The notes below the pieces were generated by a model. The model was not told the origin of the DNA, ran no database searches, and saw only the letters and a list, made by a program, of their open reading frames with translations. From the NCBI RefSeq assembly GCF_011045215.1, contig NZ_CP049202.1: a stretch of 64,000 nt of DNA; one strand, written 5' to 3'. Each line of letters opens with the position of its first letter. Positions within the stretch are counted from its first letter, which is position 1. The DNA comes from Escherichia coli (GTDB lineage Bacteria; Pseudomonadota; Gammaproteobacteria; Enterobacterales; Enterobacteriaceae). This document shows positions 33,032-41,390 of this stretch, piece after piece. A program made the position numbers and the translations under genes.

Positions 33032-33769
33032 TTAAGAAACTCTGCTTCTTTGATAAAGCTGGCTGATTATACTTACAACAGCTATACTTTTAGTTTTCTC
33101 CAAAAACTCTTCAGGCACAAATTTTTCTGAACTAAGTTCATTTTGGAGTAATGTAACAATCCTTGCTGTTTTATCTGCATATTTTTGCCATTCATTTTTT
33201 AATTCCTTAACACTCTCCTTACGCAATTCAATATCTGCATTAAGTTCGTTAACTGTCATTTTCAAAATTGATATGCTTCTCTCCAGTTGCTCATACTCAG
33301 ATTTAAGCAAAGCAGTATTAAGTTTTTCACGTTTTGCTATCTCTTCCTGCATCACCAGTTTTGTATCCTGGACAGATTGAGCTAACTTCTCAGCATTTAT
33401 CGCTTCCACTTTTTTATCTGCCGTTTCCTTCTGCATCTCATATTCAGCTATCAATGACTTTTTAAATCCTTCACGCTCCTTTGCTTCTAAATATCGTTTT
33501 GTCCATGCAATCCCATAATTTAAATATGGTGATATGACGGACAGAAAAATGCCTACTGTGACAGGAGCTACTAAATACAACCAATAGAACTTTTCAGCAC
33601 TTGTGATTTGCTCTATACGGGTAGTCACTGATGATTTACTCATAAACAGGATAGCCAGGTTTTGCCAGTTAAAGCCACACCATGAAAGGGTTATGTATCC
33701 CCATAATGGCTTTTTCAGACGCTCCTTAACAACGTCGTTTACAGAATCTGTGATTGACTCATTATTCAT
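33032..33769 (-). CDS. hypothetical membrane protein: two N-terminal transmembrane helices plus long coiled-coil
   Basis: ATG 33769 with GGGGGA Shine-Dalgarno; hydrophobic segments near residues 22-45 and 60-82; E/K/L-rich heptad region; about 33 percent GC. Confidence 0.6.
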   Translation of the reverse strand: MNNESITDSVNDVVKERLKKPLWGYITLSWCGFNWQNLAILFMSKSSVTTRIEQITSAEKFYWLYLVAPVTVGIFLSVISPYLNYGIAWTKRYLEAKEREGFKKSLIAEYEMQKETADKKVEAINAEKLAQSVQDTKLVMQEEIAKREKLNTALLKSEYEQLERSISILKMTVNELNADIELRKESVKELKNEWQKYADKTARIVTLLQNELSSEKFVPEEFLEKTKSIAVVSIISQLYQRSRVS

Positions 33770-33846
33770 TTAGAAATCCCCCTTTAACTTTGTCTCTATC
33801 ACTTACAGGAAAAGAGCCGTCGGAAAGAAAACTGCTGATTGAGATA

Positions 33847-34140
33847 TTATTTCATTCGCTCACTGGCAATATTATAAACGTTACACCGCTCTCGTTTCCC
33901 TACAGCAATCACCCATATAACAATTTCTTCATCAATGACCTTATAAATAAGCCTAAACCCAGATGCTCTCAGTTTTATTTTAAAACATCCAGCTAGATCA
34001 CCATGAAGCCTGGCAGCACCAGTGTAAGGATTATGCTGTAGTTTTCTGAGTTTCTTTTTAAACTGGTCACGTATTGTCTTGTCCAGCTTATTCCACTCTT
34101 TAAGGGCCCTTTCGTCAAAGTCGATATTAAAGGTCATCAA
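33847..34140 (-). CDS. relE: RelE-family toxin
   Basis: 97 aa; ...FDERALKEWNKLDKTIRDQFKKKL...CFKIKLRASGFRLIYKVIDEEIVIWVIAVGKRER close to E. coli RelE as recalled. Confidence 0.8.
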   Translation of the reverse strand: MMTFNIDFDERALKEWNKLDKTIRDQFKKKLRKLQHNPYTGAARLHGDLAGCFKIKLRASGFRLIYKVIDEEIVIWVIAVGKRERCNVYNIASERMK

Positions 34141-34381
34141 TATTCACCCTGATGCGTCTGGCAGGATTTTTCAGTCGTTCTCTGACAATATTCAGAATAT
34201 CTTCGTCCTCATCATTATCACTGACAACAACAGACACTTCATTGAAAGGGAGTTTTTCATTTTCAGCGACATAACGGAGAAAAAGGCGGAGAGCTTCTGA
34301 AGGTGAAAGATTGAGCTTTTCGAAGACCTGCCAGGCATTTTTCTTCAGTTCTTCATCGACACGAATTTGAACAGTACTCAT
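34127..34381 (-). CDS. relB: RelB-family antitoxin
   Basis: Start ATG 34381 with GGAG Shine-Dalgarno; MSTVQIRVDEELKKNAWQVFEKLNLSPSEALRLFL...; overlaps relE start. Confidence 0.75.
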   Translation of the reverse strand: MSTVQIRVDEELKKNAWQVFEKLNLSPSEALRLFLRYVAENEKLPFNEVSVVVSDNDEDEDILNIVRERLKNPARRIRVNIDDL

Positions 34382-34459
34382 GATAATACTCCGGTAATAA
34401 AGTATGCAGGCAGTATATACGTGAACAGATGTAATGACAAATGTATTGACATGTGACCT

Positions 34460-34582
34460 ATGCCGCGTCAGCGGCATGGAAGGCGGCACTCCGTTGTTTC
34501 ATGTGATACTGGTGTAAAACCGCCGAAGCCCGGCGTAAGCCGGTACTGATTGACAGATTTCACCTTACCCATCCCCAGCCCT
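34460..34582. repeat. conserved ~115-bp structured element, copy B (copy A at 2801-2913)
   Basis: See copy A; lies 79 bp upstream of the relB start. Confidence 0.6.
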
Positions 34583-34779
34583 GCCAGACTATACCCGCTT
34601 TCAGCTATGAGAGAGCTTCTGTGCGCGGTCGGAGTGGTCCCGACGAGGGTTTACCCGAAGTCGGGGCGTATCTCCGCGTTAGCGGGCCGTCAGGGCCGCT
34701 TACGAGCGTGTACACGATACGTCCAGCCAGAAGACTGACAGCGATGATGATGTAGTTACAACATTCATAATTAAAAGCG

Positions 34780-35258
34780 ACTCTGTTCCGGCCCTTTGGG
34801 CCGGGGCGGGGCCGCTTTTCAGTTATGAGGGATGGGCACGGTGTTTCAGAACTGTGTCTGTCGGGGCCCGCCGCTTGCGGTGGGAGGTGCTTTTAAATTC
34901 TGAGCGGCGCGGCTTTGGCCGCTGCAAGCGAAGGCCTTTTTGTATTTGTTCATAGACGTTTCAGAGATAAAGACTTTCCCTGCGGTGGAACAACGCAGGG
35001 GATTAAATGAAGGGGGTAAGACTATATTGCAGGTTTGCTGTTTCAGGTTTGCAGCTTCTTAAAGTTCTTTGTTTGCGGATTTATGTGGATAACTGAAACG
35101 ACGTGGCCACGTTCTGACGACCGGTGAGAGATTTTATGGCCGTGTATGGACGGATGTGGGGATTTCAGGTGGTTACGGGGGATTTCTGGCCGGACAGAAC
35201 CTGCGCCAAAAGCCCCGAAGGGGCTGGCGATGATTCAGTGCTGAAGGAATGGTGTTGT
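34780..35258 (-). other. oriR: IncFII-type vegetative origin region (oriR-like), immediately downstream of repA
   Basis: Position downstream of repA as in R100/R1; GC-rich dyads and DnaA box present. Confidence 0.45.
35084..35092 (-). promoter_or_regulatory. DnaA box (TTATCCACA on minus strand)
   Basis: Exact consensus 9-mer, 167 bp downstream of the repA stop. Confidence 0.5.
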
Positions 35259-36281
35259 CTAGTGCGGTGGCGGGGCAGCCAGCGTCAGTTCAAGCTGACG
35301 CAACTCCCTGATGGCCAGTCGCTTCAGATGGTCATCGGAACAAAAATAGGCTTCATCCGGCGGCAGACGCTTCCTGAGATACTCTGCCATCTCATGAATC
35401 TGCTGGTCGGCAGGCAGTTTCTTCAGGCGATTAGCACGCTTACAGGCTGCAGCTTTCGCCCGACGGTGTTTCAGCGCATCCTGGCTGCGCTGCAGATACC
35501 AGCGTTTTCTGGCCGCATGTACGGAGATATCTTCATCCTCACGCAGTACACCTTCCCGGATGAGCTGCTGGCGGATTTCACTTTCACGCAGCCGCTTCTG
35601 CTGCTGTTCGTGAAGTTTAACCATATCGACGCCCAGCATCTGCCACCCTGCCGGTGTTATCCAGACATAGCGCGGCAGACGCTGGCGGGTTTCACGGTCC
35701 CACATCGTTTCTTCCGACACACCCAGCACACCAAAACGTACCTGTTCGGTCAGCAGACGGGAAAGCCGGGAGACCGTCACTTCCAGTTCCGGAATAACCT
35801 TCCCCTTGCTGTCTTTCGGGCTGATTTCTCTGGCCAGACGGGAAACACTCATGCCTACGGTATGTGTGCCCGCATCACTGAAGCTGACCAGAACCGGCCA
35901 GATGGCATCGAGGAGGCGTTGTTTTTCCGGACGGAAAGCATATTTGCGACCGGCGAACGTCCGTTTCTGCACGTAAAAAGGATGCAGAGACATGTGCATG
36001 CGCAGGCTCTGTTCGCCAGTCACCGGGTCCTTTTTCACCAGGCGGTGATAAGCGTGCCCAAGCTGCCCGCTCAGCGCCTTATAGCGCGCAGGACGATACC
36101 AGGTCGGATTTTCGCATTTGGGTTTAGTGGAGTGCTCACCACGACGACGCTTTGTGCGCTTCCTTTCCGGTTCAACCAGGAAAGTGGTCGCCCTTCCCGC
36201 TTCATAATCTTCCCAGAAACGGATTTGCTCTTCGGGAGGCAACTGAGCCCAGTGGCCTGGACGGGTATTTTTAATCACCAT
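35259..36281 (-). CDS. repA: replication initiator RepA (IncFII RepA superfamily), about 340 aa
   Basis: ATG 36281; internal blocks align with R100 RepA1 ([13 protein letters not shown] / [25 protein letters not shown] / ITRATRALTFLSE); basic C-terminus; oriR and DnaA box downstream. Confidence 0.7.
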   Translation of the reverse strand: MVIKNTRPGHWAQLPPEEQIRFWEDYEAGRATTFLVEPERKRTKRRRGEHSTKPKCENPTWYRPARYKALSGQLGHAYHRLVKKDPVTGEQSLRMHMSLHPFYVQKRTFAGRKYAFRPEKQRLLDAIWPVLVSFSDAGTHTVGMSVSRLAREISPKDSKGKVIPELEVTVSRLSRLLTEQVRFGVLGVSEETMWDRETRQRLPRYVWITPAGWQMLGVDMVKLHEQQQKRLRESEIRQQLIREGVLREDEDISVHAARKRWYLQRSQDALKHRRAKAAACKRANRLKKLPADQQIHEMAEYLRKRLPPDEAYFCSDDHLKRLAIRELRQLELTLAAPPPH

Positions 36282-36804
36282 ACCCACTCCGTAAGACAGC
36301 CAGACGTGCTTCAGTCAGCGCCAACGGAAATATCCCTAAAAACTCAAAAAAACGAGGCGTCAGCGTTATTGTGCAGCGCTTATTGTAAAAATCTGATGAC
36401 GGGGAACAGACTATAAACCCAAAATCTTCTTCCAGTGATTTAATTGCTCTGACAGCTCGCTCAATGGCTAAATGACCATGAGCATTTTTTCTGGCTAATC
36501 CGCAATCAAGTGCAAGTTCGGTTATAGAACGATGCACTTGATTTGAAACAGGATCGTAGTAGAAGCACATGCCTTGCAACAGTGCATCAATAGCTCTGCG
36601 ACGAAGAACGGAAGGCTTGCGTTTACGTTTACCATTAGCGCGCGCGCACGCAGAAGCTATATCGAATGCAAATGTTTCGGTAAACCCCACCGCTTTGCCC
36701 ATTAGCTTCTCACAGAACGGCAGCGTCCTGGCACCTTCACGGGGTGTGAATACCGGATTAGGGTTCTTTACCTGACGGTAATACGTTTGTTGAAGATCAG
36801 TCAC
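36271..36804 (-). CDS. RepA1 N-terminal-domain homologue (about 177 aa), truncated; status (pseudogene versus coupled leader ORF) unresolved
   Basis: [42 protein letters not shown]...[20 protein letters not shown]... closely matches the R100 RepA1 N-terminus as recalled; stop TAA overlaps the repA ATG (ATGGTGATTAA). Confidence 0.5.
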   Translation of the reverse strand: MTDLQQTYYRQVKNPNPVFTPREGARTLPFCEKLMGKAVGFTETFAFDIASACARANGKRKRKPSVLRRRAIDALLQGMCFYYDPVSNQVHRSITELALDCGLARKNAHGHLAIERAVRAIKSLEEDFGFIVCSPSSDFYNKRCTITLTPRFFEFLGIFPLALTEARLAVLRSGYGD

Positions 36805-36853
36805 ACCATCCTGCACTTACAATGCACAGAAGGAGTGAGCACAGAAAGAAGTC

Positions 36854-36882
36854 TTGAACTTTTCCGGGCATATAACTATACT
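36854..36882 (+). promoter_or_regulatory. sigma70 promoter for copA antisense RNA (-35 TTGAAC, 17-bp spacer, -10 TATACT)
   Basis: Near-consensus hexamers at 36854-36859 and 36877-36882, facing opposite to repA. Confidence 0.5.
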
Positions 36883-36888
36883 CCCCGC

Positions 36889-36981
36889 ATAGCTGAATTG
36901 TTGGCTATACGGTTTTTAGATGGCCCCGGTAATCTTTCTAGCTCGCCAAAGTTAAAGAAGATTATCGGGGTTTTCACTTTT
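36889..36981 (+). ncRNA. copA: CopA-like antisense RNA (replication copy-number control)
   Basis: About 92 nt between the promoter and a U-tract; 13-bp stem CCCCGGUAAUCUU/AAGAUUAUCGGGG with a loop containing CGCCAAA; position between repA2 and repA1 as in IncFII. Confidence 0.55.
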
Positions 36982-37104
36982 CTGGCCCCTGTAAATCCAC
37001 ATCAGAACCAGTTCCCTGCCACCTTATGGTGTGGCCAGCCATAAAATTCCTTAAACGATCAGCAATCTATCACTCACGCCTGAGATAAGCAATAATGTGA
37101 ATAT

Positions 37105-37362
37105 TCACGAAATCGCTCTGCGTTTCAGCTCTGATTCAATCAGTTTTTCAAGCATCTGCGCCTGGGTAATACCTTCCTCATCCGCCAGTTCACTCAGCCT
37201 GTCTTTTAACCGGGCCTGGATAACCGCATGAAAAGCCTTATGAGTGTTGCTTCTGCGAGCCAGAGAAGCTCTTTGTCTCTCTCTGGCCGGAACAGGGTTA
37301 CCTTTCCGGTATGCACGCTTAGTGCCTGATGAGGAAGTCACTGCATTTTCTGTCTGCGGCAT
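37105..37362 (-). CDS. repA2: RepA2/CopB transcriptional repressor of repA
   Basis: 85 aa; [11 protein letters not shown]...[19 protein letters not shown] parallels R100 RepA2; position upstream of copA and repA1. Confidence 0.8.
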   Translation of the reverse strand: MPQTENAVTSSSGTKRAYRKGNPVPARERQRASLARRSNTHKAFHAVIQARLKDRLSELADEEGITQAQMLEKLIESELKRRAIS

Positions 37363-37432
37363 CTCGCCTCCTCAATACTCAAACAGGGATCGTTTCGCAG
37401 AGGATACTACAGTTTTTTTTAATCAGCGACTT

Positions 37433-37563
37433 GAAAGTTGTGACGATGACATGTGTTGGCGCACAAATCATGTCTGATTACGACCGTTTAATGTGATTTT
37501 GATAATGAAATGACTGAAAAGCAGGAAATGCCTTAACCTGTGTGCCCCCGGGCGGGGCTGGCG
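37433..37563. repeat. about 130-bp direct repeat, copy 1 (repA2 upstream region)
   Basis: About 90 percent identical to 38553-38676; the two copies bracket the GNAT/RHH toxin-antitoxin module. Confidence 0.7.
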
Positions 37564-37669
37564 GCATCAGAGATATGGAAGATAACCTGAGAGGTTATCA
37601 ATTAAAACTTATTAGTGCCCAAGTGTTACATATCATAAAGAAATGATGCCGCAATAAAATTGCTCAGTC

Positions 37670-38152
37670 TCAGACTTTATAAAATAAGGTGTCAGGTGCC
37701 ACAACTGACTGGACAAAACCAAAACGCTCATAAAACGCTCTGGCGTCATCATCAATTGCATGCACCATAACCGCCTTAACGCCAACCTGTTCAGCCACAT
37801 TTACAACCCGGTGAATAGCATCACTCAGCAGCCATTTACCGAAACCATGCCCCTGGGTACAAACATCAACAGCCAGACGCCCTAACAGAACAACAGGAAC
37901 AGGATTAGGCATGTTATGCCGCAAACTGCGCCCAAGCTCGGCATGTGTGACGGAACCCGTAGCTAATGAGTAGAACCCCACAACACGTAAAGTCCCCTCC
38001 AGGCAAATAACGAACGTGCGGGAAGCATTGAGCATCTGGTTTTTCATAGCCCGACCACGTAACCAGTTACTTAGCACCTCATTTCCACAGTCAAATGGCT
38101 GAAGTATATGCTCATCCGTCAGCAATGCCGGCGCGGTGACATTTATTTCCAT
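37670..38152 (-). CDS. GNAT-family acetyltransferase toxin (TacT/KacT/AtaT-like)
   Basis: 160 aa GNAT fold motifs (...LGRLAVDVCTQGHGFGKWLL...); overlaps the upstream RHH antitoxin gene by 10 bp. Confidence 0.75.
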   Translation of the reverse strand: MEINVTAPALLTDEHILQPFDCGNEVLSNWLRGRAMKNQMLNASRTFVICLEGTLRVVGFYSLATGSVTHAELGRSLRHNMPNPVPVVLLGRLAVDVCTQGHGFGKWLLSDAIHRVVNVAEQVGVKAVMVHAIDDDARAFYERFGFVQSVVAPDTLFYKV

Positions 38153-38433
38153 TCAGGCTTTACCGCCATCAGACGTTCACGCCCTTCTGCATTCTGCACA
38201 GGAGCTTCCAGTTGCGTAATAAACGAATCATAACGTTCGTTATCCAGCACAAATAAGCGTTGATCCAGGATAATGTTTTTAGCTTCCTGGTAAGCCAGTT
38301 CAATGATGAAATCAGTACGGTTCTTATTGACCAGGCTCGCAGCATAATCAATAACGGCTCGTTCCTCATCAGTTGCCCGGATGTTAATCTGGTTTTCTCG
38401 CGGTGTTTTACGGACGCTTGCAGCTGTAGACAT
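38143..38433 (-). CDS. DUF1778-type RHH antitoxin (TacA/KacA-like)
   Basis: ATG 38433 with GAGG Shine-Dalgarno; about 96 aa; ...INIRATDEERAVIDYAASL... Confidence 0.7.
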   Translation of the reverse strand: MSTAASVRKTPRENQINIRATDEERAVIDYAASLVNKNRTDFIIELAYQEAKNIILDQRLFVLDNERYDSFITQLEAPVQNAEGRERLMAVKPEWK

Positions 38434-38552
38434 AAAAACCTCAATTGGTAACAATTTGCTATACAATTAATGTTATCGCAAATGGTAACAAAACGCTATA
38501 CAAAATCACTTACGGGAAAAGTGATCACTGATAAAAACAATGACAGAGGCCT

Positions 38553-38676
38553 GAAAATTGTGACGATGATATATGCTGGCGCACAAATCATGTCTGATTA
38601 CGACCGTTTAATGTGATTTCGATAATGAAATAACTGAAAAGCAGGAAATGCCTTAACCTGTGTGCCGGCCCCGGGC
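38553..38676. repeat. about 130-bp direct repeat, copy 2 (upstream of the toxin-antitoxin module)
   Basis: See 37433-37563. Confidence 0.7.
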
Positions 38677-38765
38677 GGGACCGGCTGTTTCCGGCATGTC
38701 GGGTGTCTGCCCCTGAAATACCTCACACTTCCGGAAAGCGGGGACTTCCGTCTCCGCCCGGCAGC

Positions 38766-38915
38766 TTACTTCCGTGCTTCGTAGGCCAGAGTTATCTGCA
38801 CCACTGTATTTCTCCTGTGAATATTCAGCTCACACAACCGTTCCCTGAATATCAGTGAAAAACACAACAACGTGGCGCACACAGCGAGCAACCCTATAAG
38901 GGCATATTTCGTCAT
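38766..38915 (-). CDS. srnB: Hok/Gef/SrnB-family type I toxin (49 aa)
   Basis: MTKYALIGLLAVCATLLCFSLIFRERLCELNIHRRNTVVQITLAYEARK: one transmembrane helix plus conserved LCEL; GAGAGG Shine-Dalgarno; in-frame upstream extension from 38972 resembles a mok/srnB-prime reading frame. Confidence 0.75.
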   Translation of the reverse strand: MTKYALIGLLAVCATLLCFSLIFRERLCELNIHRRNTVVQITLAYEARK

Positions 38916-39260
38916 AAACTTTGACCTCTCTGCAAGGAAGAGGCTACAATCAGTAGTGTTAAGGTACTTCATGCAGACCTCACGAGTTAATGGATTAACG
39001 AGTGGGGTCTTCGCATTTCTGGTACCTGCGTCTTGCCTGAACCAGAAAGGCTCAGACACCCGCAGCGATAATACCACATTCCCGTTTGCCGGCCATGTAC
39101 CTGCATTTTCCGGTTATTATTATAAAAACGCCGGGGACGGGGAAAATTTGCTTTTTCCCGTTTCCGGGGTTGGACAACTGAGCAACGCGAAGGCGTCAGT
39201 TATTTCTGTTTATTACATTCTTCTGTATATTTTCTTTTTACAATTCGACACTGCCTTATC

Positions 39261-39470
39261 TCACCTGACATATGCCCAGACCTCTTTGGGAACTCTGTCA
39301 TATAACCTGTTCATCGTTAATTCAGCAAGACGGTGGTCTGCTGCTGAATTGAAGGCCTCACGCTCACTGTCCGGTAAATCATAGGTGTTCTTACAGATAA
39401 TCTTTTCCAGTGTATTCACCGATGAACACCGCCGTAACTGATATAACCATTCCTGTTTTGTTTTCGCCAT
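39261..39470 (-). CDS. hypothetical protein (69 aa)
   Basis: ORF between the hok-like gene and finO; no family recognised. Confidence 0.3.
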   Translation of the reverse strand: MAKTKQEWLYQLRRCSSVNTLEKIICKNTYDLPDSEREAFNSAADHRLAELTMNRLYDRVPKEVWAYVR

Positions 39471-40009
39471 ATTTATTTCCAGTCAGCATGATAATTATAT
39501 GTATTAAAATTCAACGATACAGTCTTTCATTTAATGACTACACCGCTGTCTTTCGCTACAGTTCCCCCTGCAGCGCCGCTGGCAATGCTCTGCTCTTTGC
39601 AGGGCAGACTGTTGCCACTCTGCCCGGGAAGCCATCTGTGCGGCCCGACGCCACGCTCCGGCAGCCTCTCTCCATCGCCCCCTGACCTCCAGTCTGACCG
39701 CCTGACTCCCGGCTTGCTGATAATTCTGGCTCTGCGCATTTCGTGAACTTCGTCTGAGTCCATTCATTTTTCCTGTCCCCTTTTACCTTTCCCGATACCA
39801 GCGGAATTCAGGATAAACGTTACTTTCTGATTATTTTTTATCTCTTTGTGTCAAAAGTCATTTCGGATATCCAGGATAATACCCCTCATTTAACTTAAGA
39901 ATAAACATGTGTTACTATATCGCTGCGTAACTTTGTTTGAAGTTCATAATAAAAAATCAGGGGTGAACAGGATTTCCTCCATCACGCGATGGAGGATTTT
40001 TTTACTGCT

Positions 40010-40570
40010 CTATTTTTCTTCAAGTACAGCCCTGAGCTCTGCTTTTATCCGGTTCTGGCAACGGATTTTCTCCAGACGCGCTGCCGCATACGCTTCCTCC
40101 TCCTGAGAAATATGCTCCGTCACATACCCTTCCGTGTCATACCGGCAGGCACCGGCTTTCATCGCGCCAAGATAGCTTTCTGAACGGGTGATGGCCTTCA
40201 GCGCCCTGCGCAGTTTTTTATGCGAGAGCGGGATATTCCGCTGCGCCACGTCTTCCAGTAACACGTCCCGGATACCGCAGGCCAGAAGCCGGGGTGTGTC
40301 ACCGTCAAATAATCCCGGCCACCAGGGCTTCAGGGTGTTCACAGCCTCATCCAGTGTGGGCAGGTTCAGATAAATGGACAGCGCCTGTCTGGCCTGCGCT
40401 TTTTTTGCCGCCAGCTCTGCTTCCCGGGCCGCTTTCTCGGCCAGTTTCTGCTTTTTCACCTTCCATTTTGGTGGCGTGGTGACATTGATGATGGTTTTCC
40501 GGCTGCGGACAGGCGTCTCTCCTTCTGTTTTCCGCTTCAGTGTCAGTACCGGTCGTTTCTGCTCTGTCAT
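40010..40570 (-). CDS. finO: fertility inhibition protein FinO (RNA chaperone)
   Basis: Start at internal ATG 40570: [25 protein letters not shown]...; 186 aa; position after traX. Confidence 0.85.
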   Translation of the reverse strand: MTEQKRPVLTLKRKTEGETPVRSRKTIINVTTPPKWKVKKQKLAEKAAREAELAAKKAQARQALSIYLNLPTLDEAVNTLKPWWPGLFDGDTPRLLACGIRDVLLEDVAQRNIPLSHKKLRRALKAITRSESYLGAMKAGACRYDTEGYVTEHISQEEEAYAAARLEKIRCQNRIKAELRAVLEEK

Positions 40571-40624
40571 GCTGTGTTCTGCCTCTGACGAATCATCCTG
40601 TTGCGGCCAAAGATACCACACCCT

Positions 40625-41371
40625 TTACAGCGCCAGAACGCCCAGTACAACCAGATGACCAGCGTAGAATACCGGGAAAAAATCCCCGGGCCAGAAACGG
40701 GGTAATGATTTCCCTGCACAGGACACCAGACCAACGGTCAGTACCGTCATCACAAGGCCGGCTACAGCCGCCGCATCACTGGCAGCAAGGTTCAGTGCCG
40801 GAATAACAACCAGCAGACATGCGACCAGCGCCAAGCGTTCCGCCCTGTCTTCCGCCCGGTACAATCGGTGACTGACCGCCAGCATCAGCAGCCCGGTAAT
40901 ACCGTAACTGGTGCCGGACAAAAGCAACCACACTGCCAGCAGCAACATGATTCCCACGGAACGCCACCCACTGCGTATTTCACACCATGTCAGCACCTGT
41001 GCCGCAACTGCAAAGGCAAACAGGATATTCCCCTCATACCAGGGAAAGCCGGCCAGATAATATGCGAACTGGGCAATCACCGCCCATCCCCACAGCCGGT
41101 TAATGGTCACCTGCCGGATATGCGCATGACGGGACAGATTCAGCCCCCACACCAGGGCAAAAAGCGGAAAGGCTCCTCGACCGGCCAGAAACATCCACGT
41201 CTTATCCAGATGCAGAATGCGGTTTGCATGGTCCAGAACCATCAGCACCAGTGCCACCGTTTTGATGATATCCCGCTGTCCGGGTGACCAGACCAGCAAC
41301 GACTGCAACCAGGTATCGGTCCGGGCAGCCAGTGAATCATTACGTGTTGTGTTCGTGTTATCCGTTGTCAT
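40625..41371 (-). CDS. traX: TraX, F-pilin N-acetylase
   Basis: 248 aa polytopic membrane protein directly downstream of traI. Confidence 0.85.
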   Translation of the reverse strand: MTTDNTNTTRNDSLAARTDTWLQSLLVWSPGQRDIIKTVALVLMVLDHANRILHLDKTWMFLAGRGAFPLFALVWGLNLSRHAHIRQVTINRLWGWAVIAQFAYYLAGFPWYEGNILFAFAVAAQVLTWCEIRSGWRSVGIMLLLAVWLLLSGTSYGITGLLMLAVSHRLYRAEDRAERLALVACLLVVIPALNLAASDAAAVAGLVMTVLTVGLVSCAGKSLPRFWPGDFFPVFYAGHLVVLGVLAL

Positions 41372-41390
41372 CAGCGTTTATCTTCCTGTG

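Noticed and set aside
39527-39767. Three mutually overlapping ORFs on both strands in a GC-rich stretch between the hok-like gene and finO
   Set aside because: I cannot tell which frame, if any, is real; no ribosome-binding site or recognisable motif, so no feature was called.
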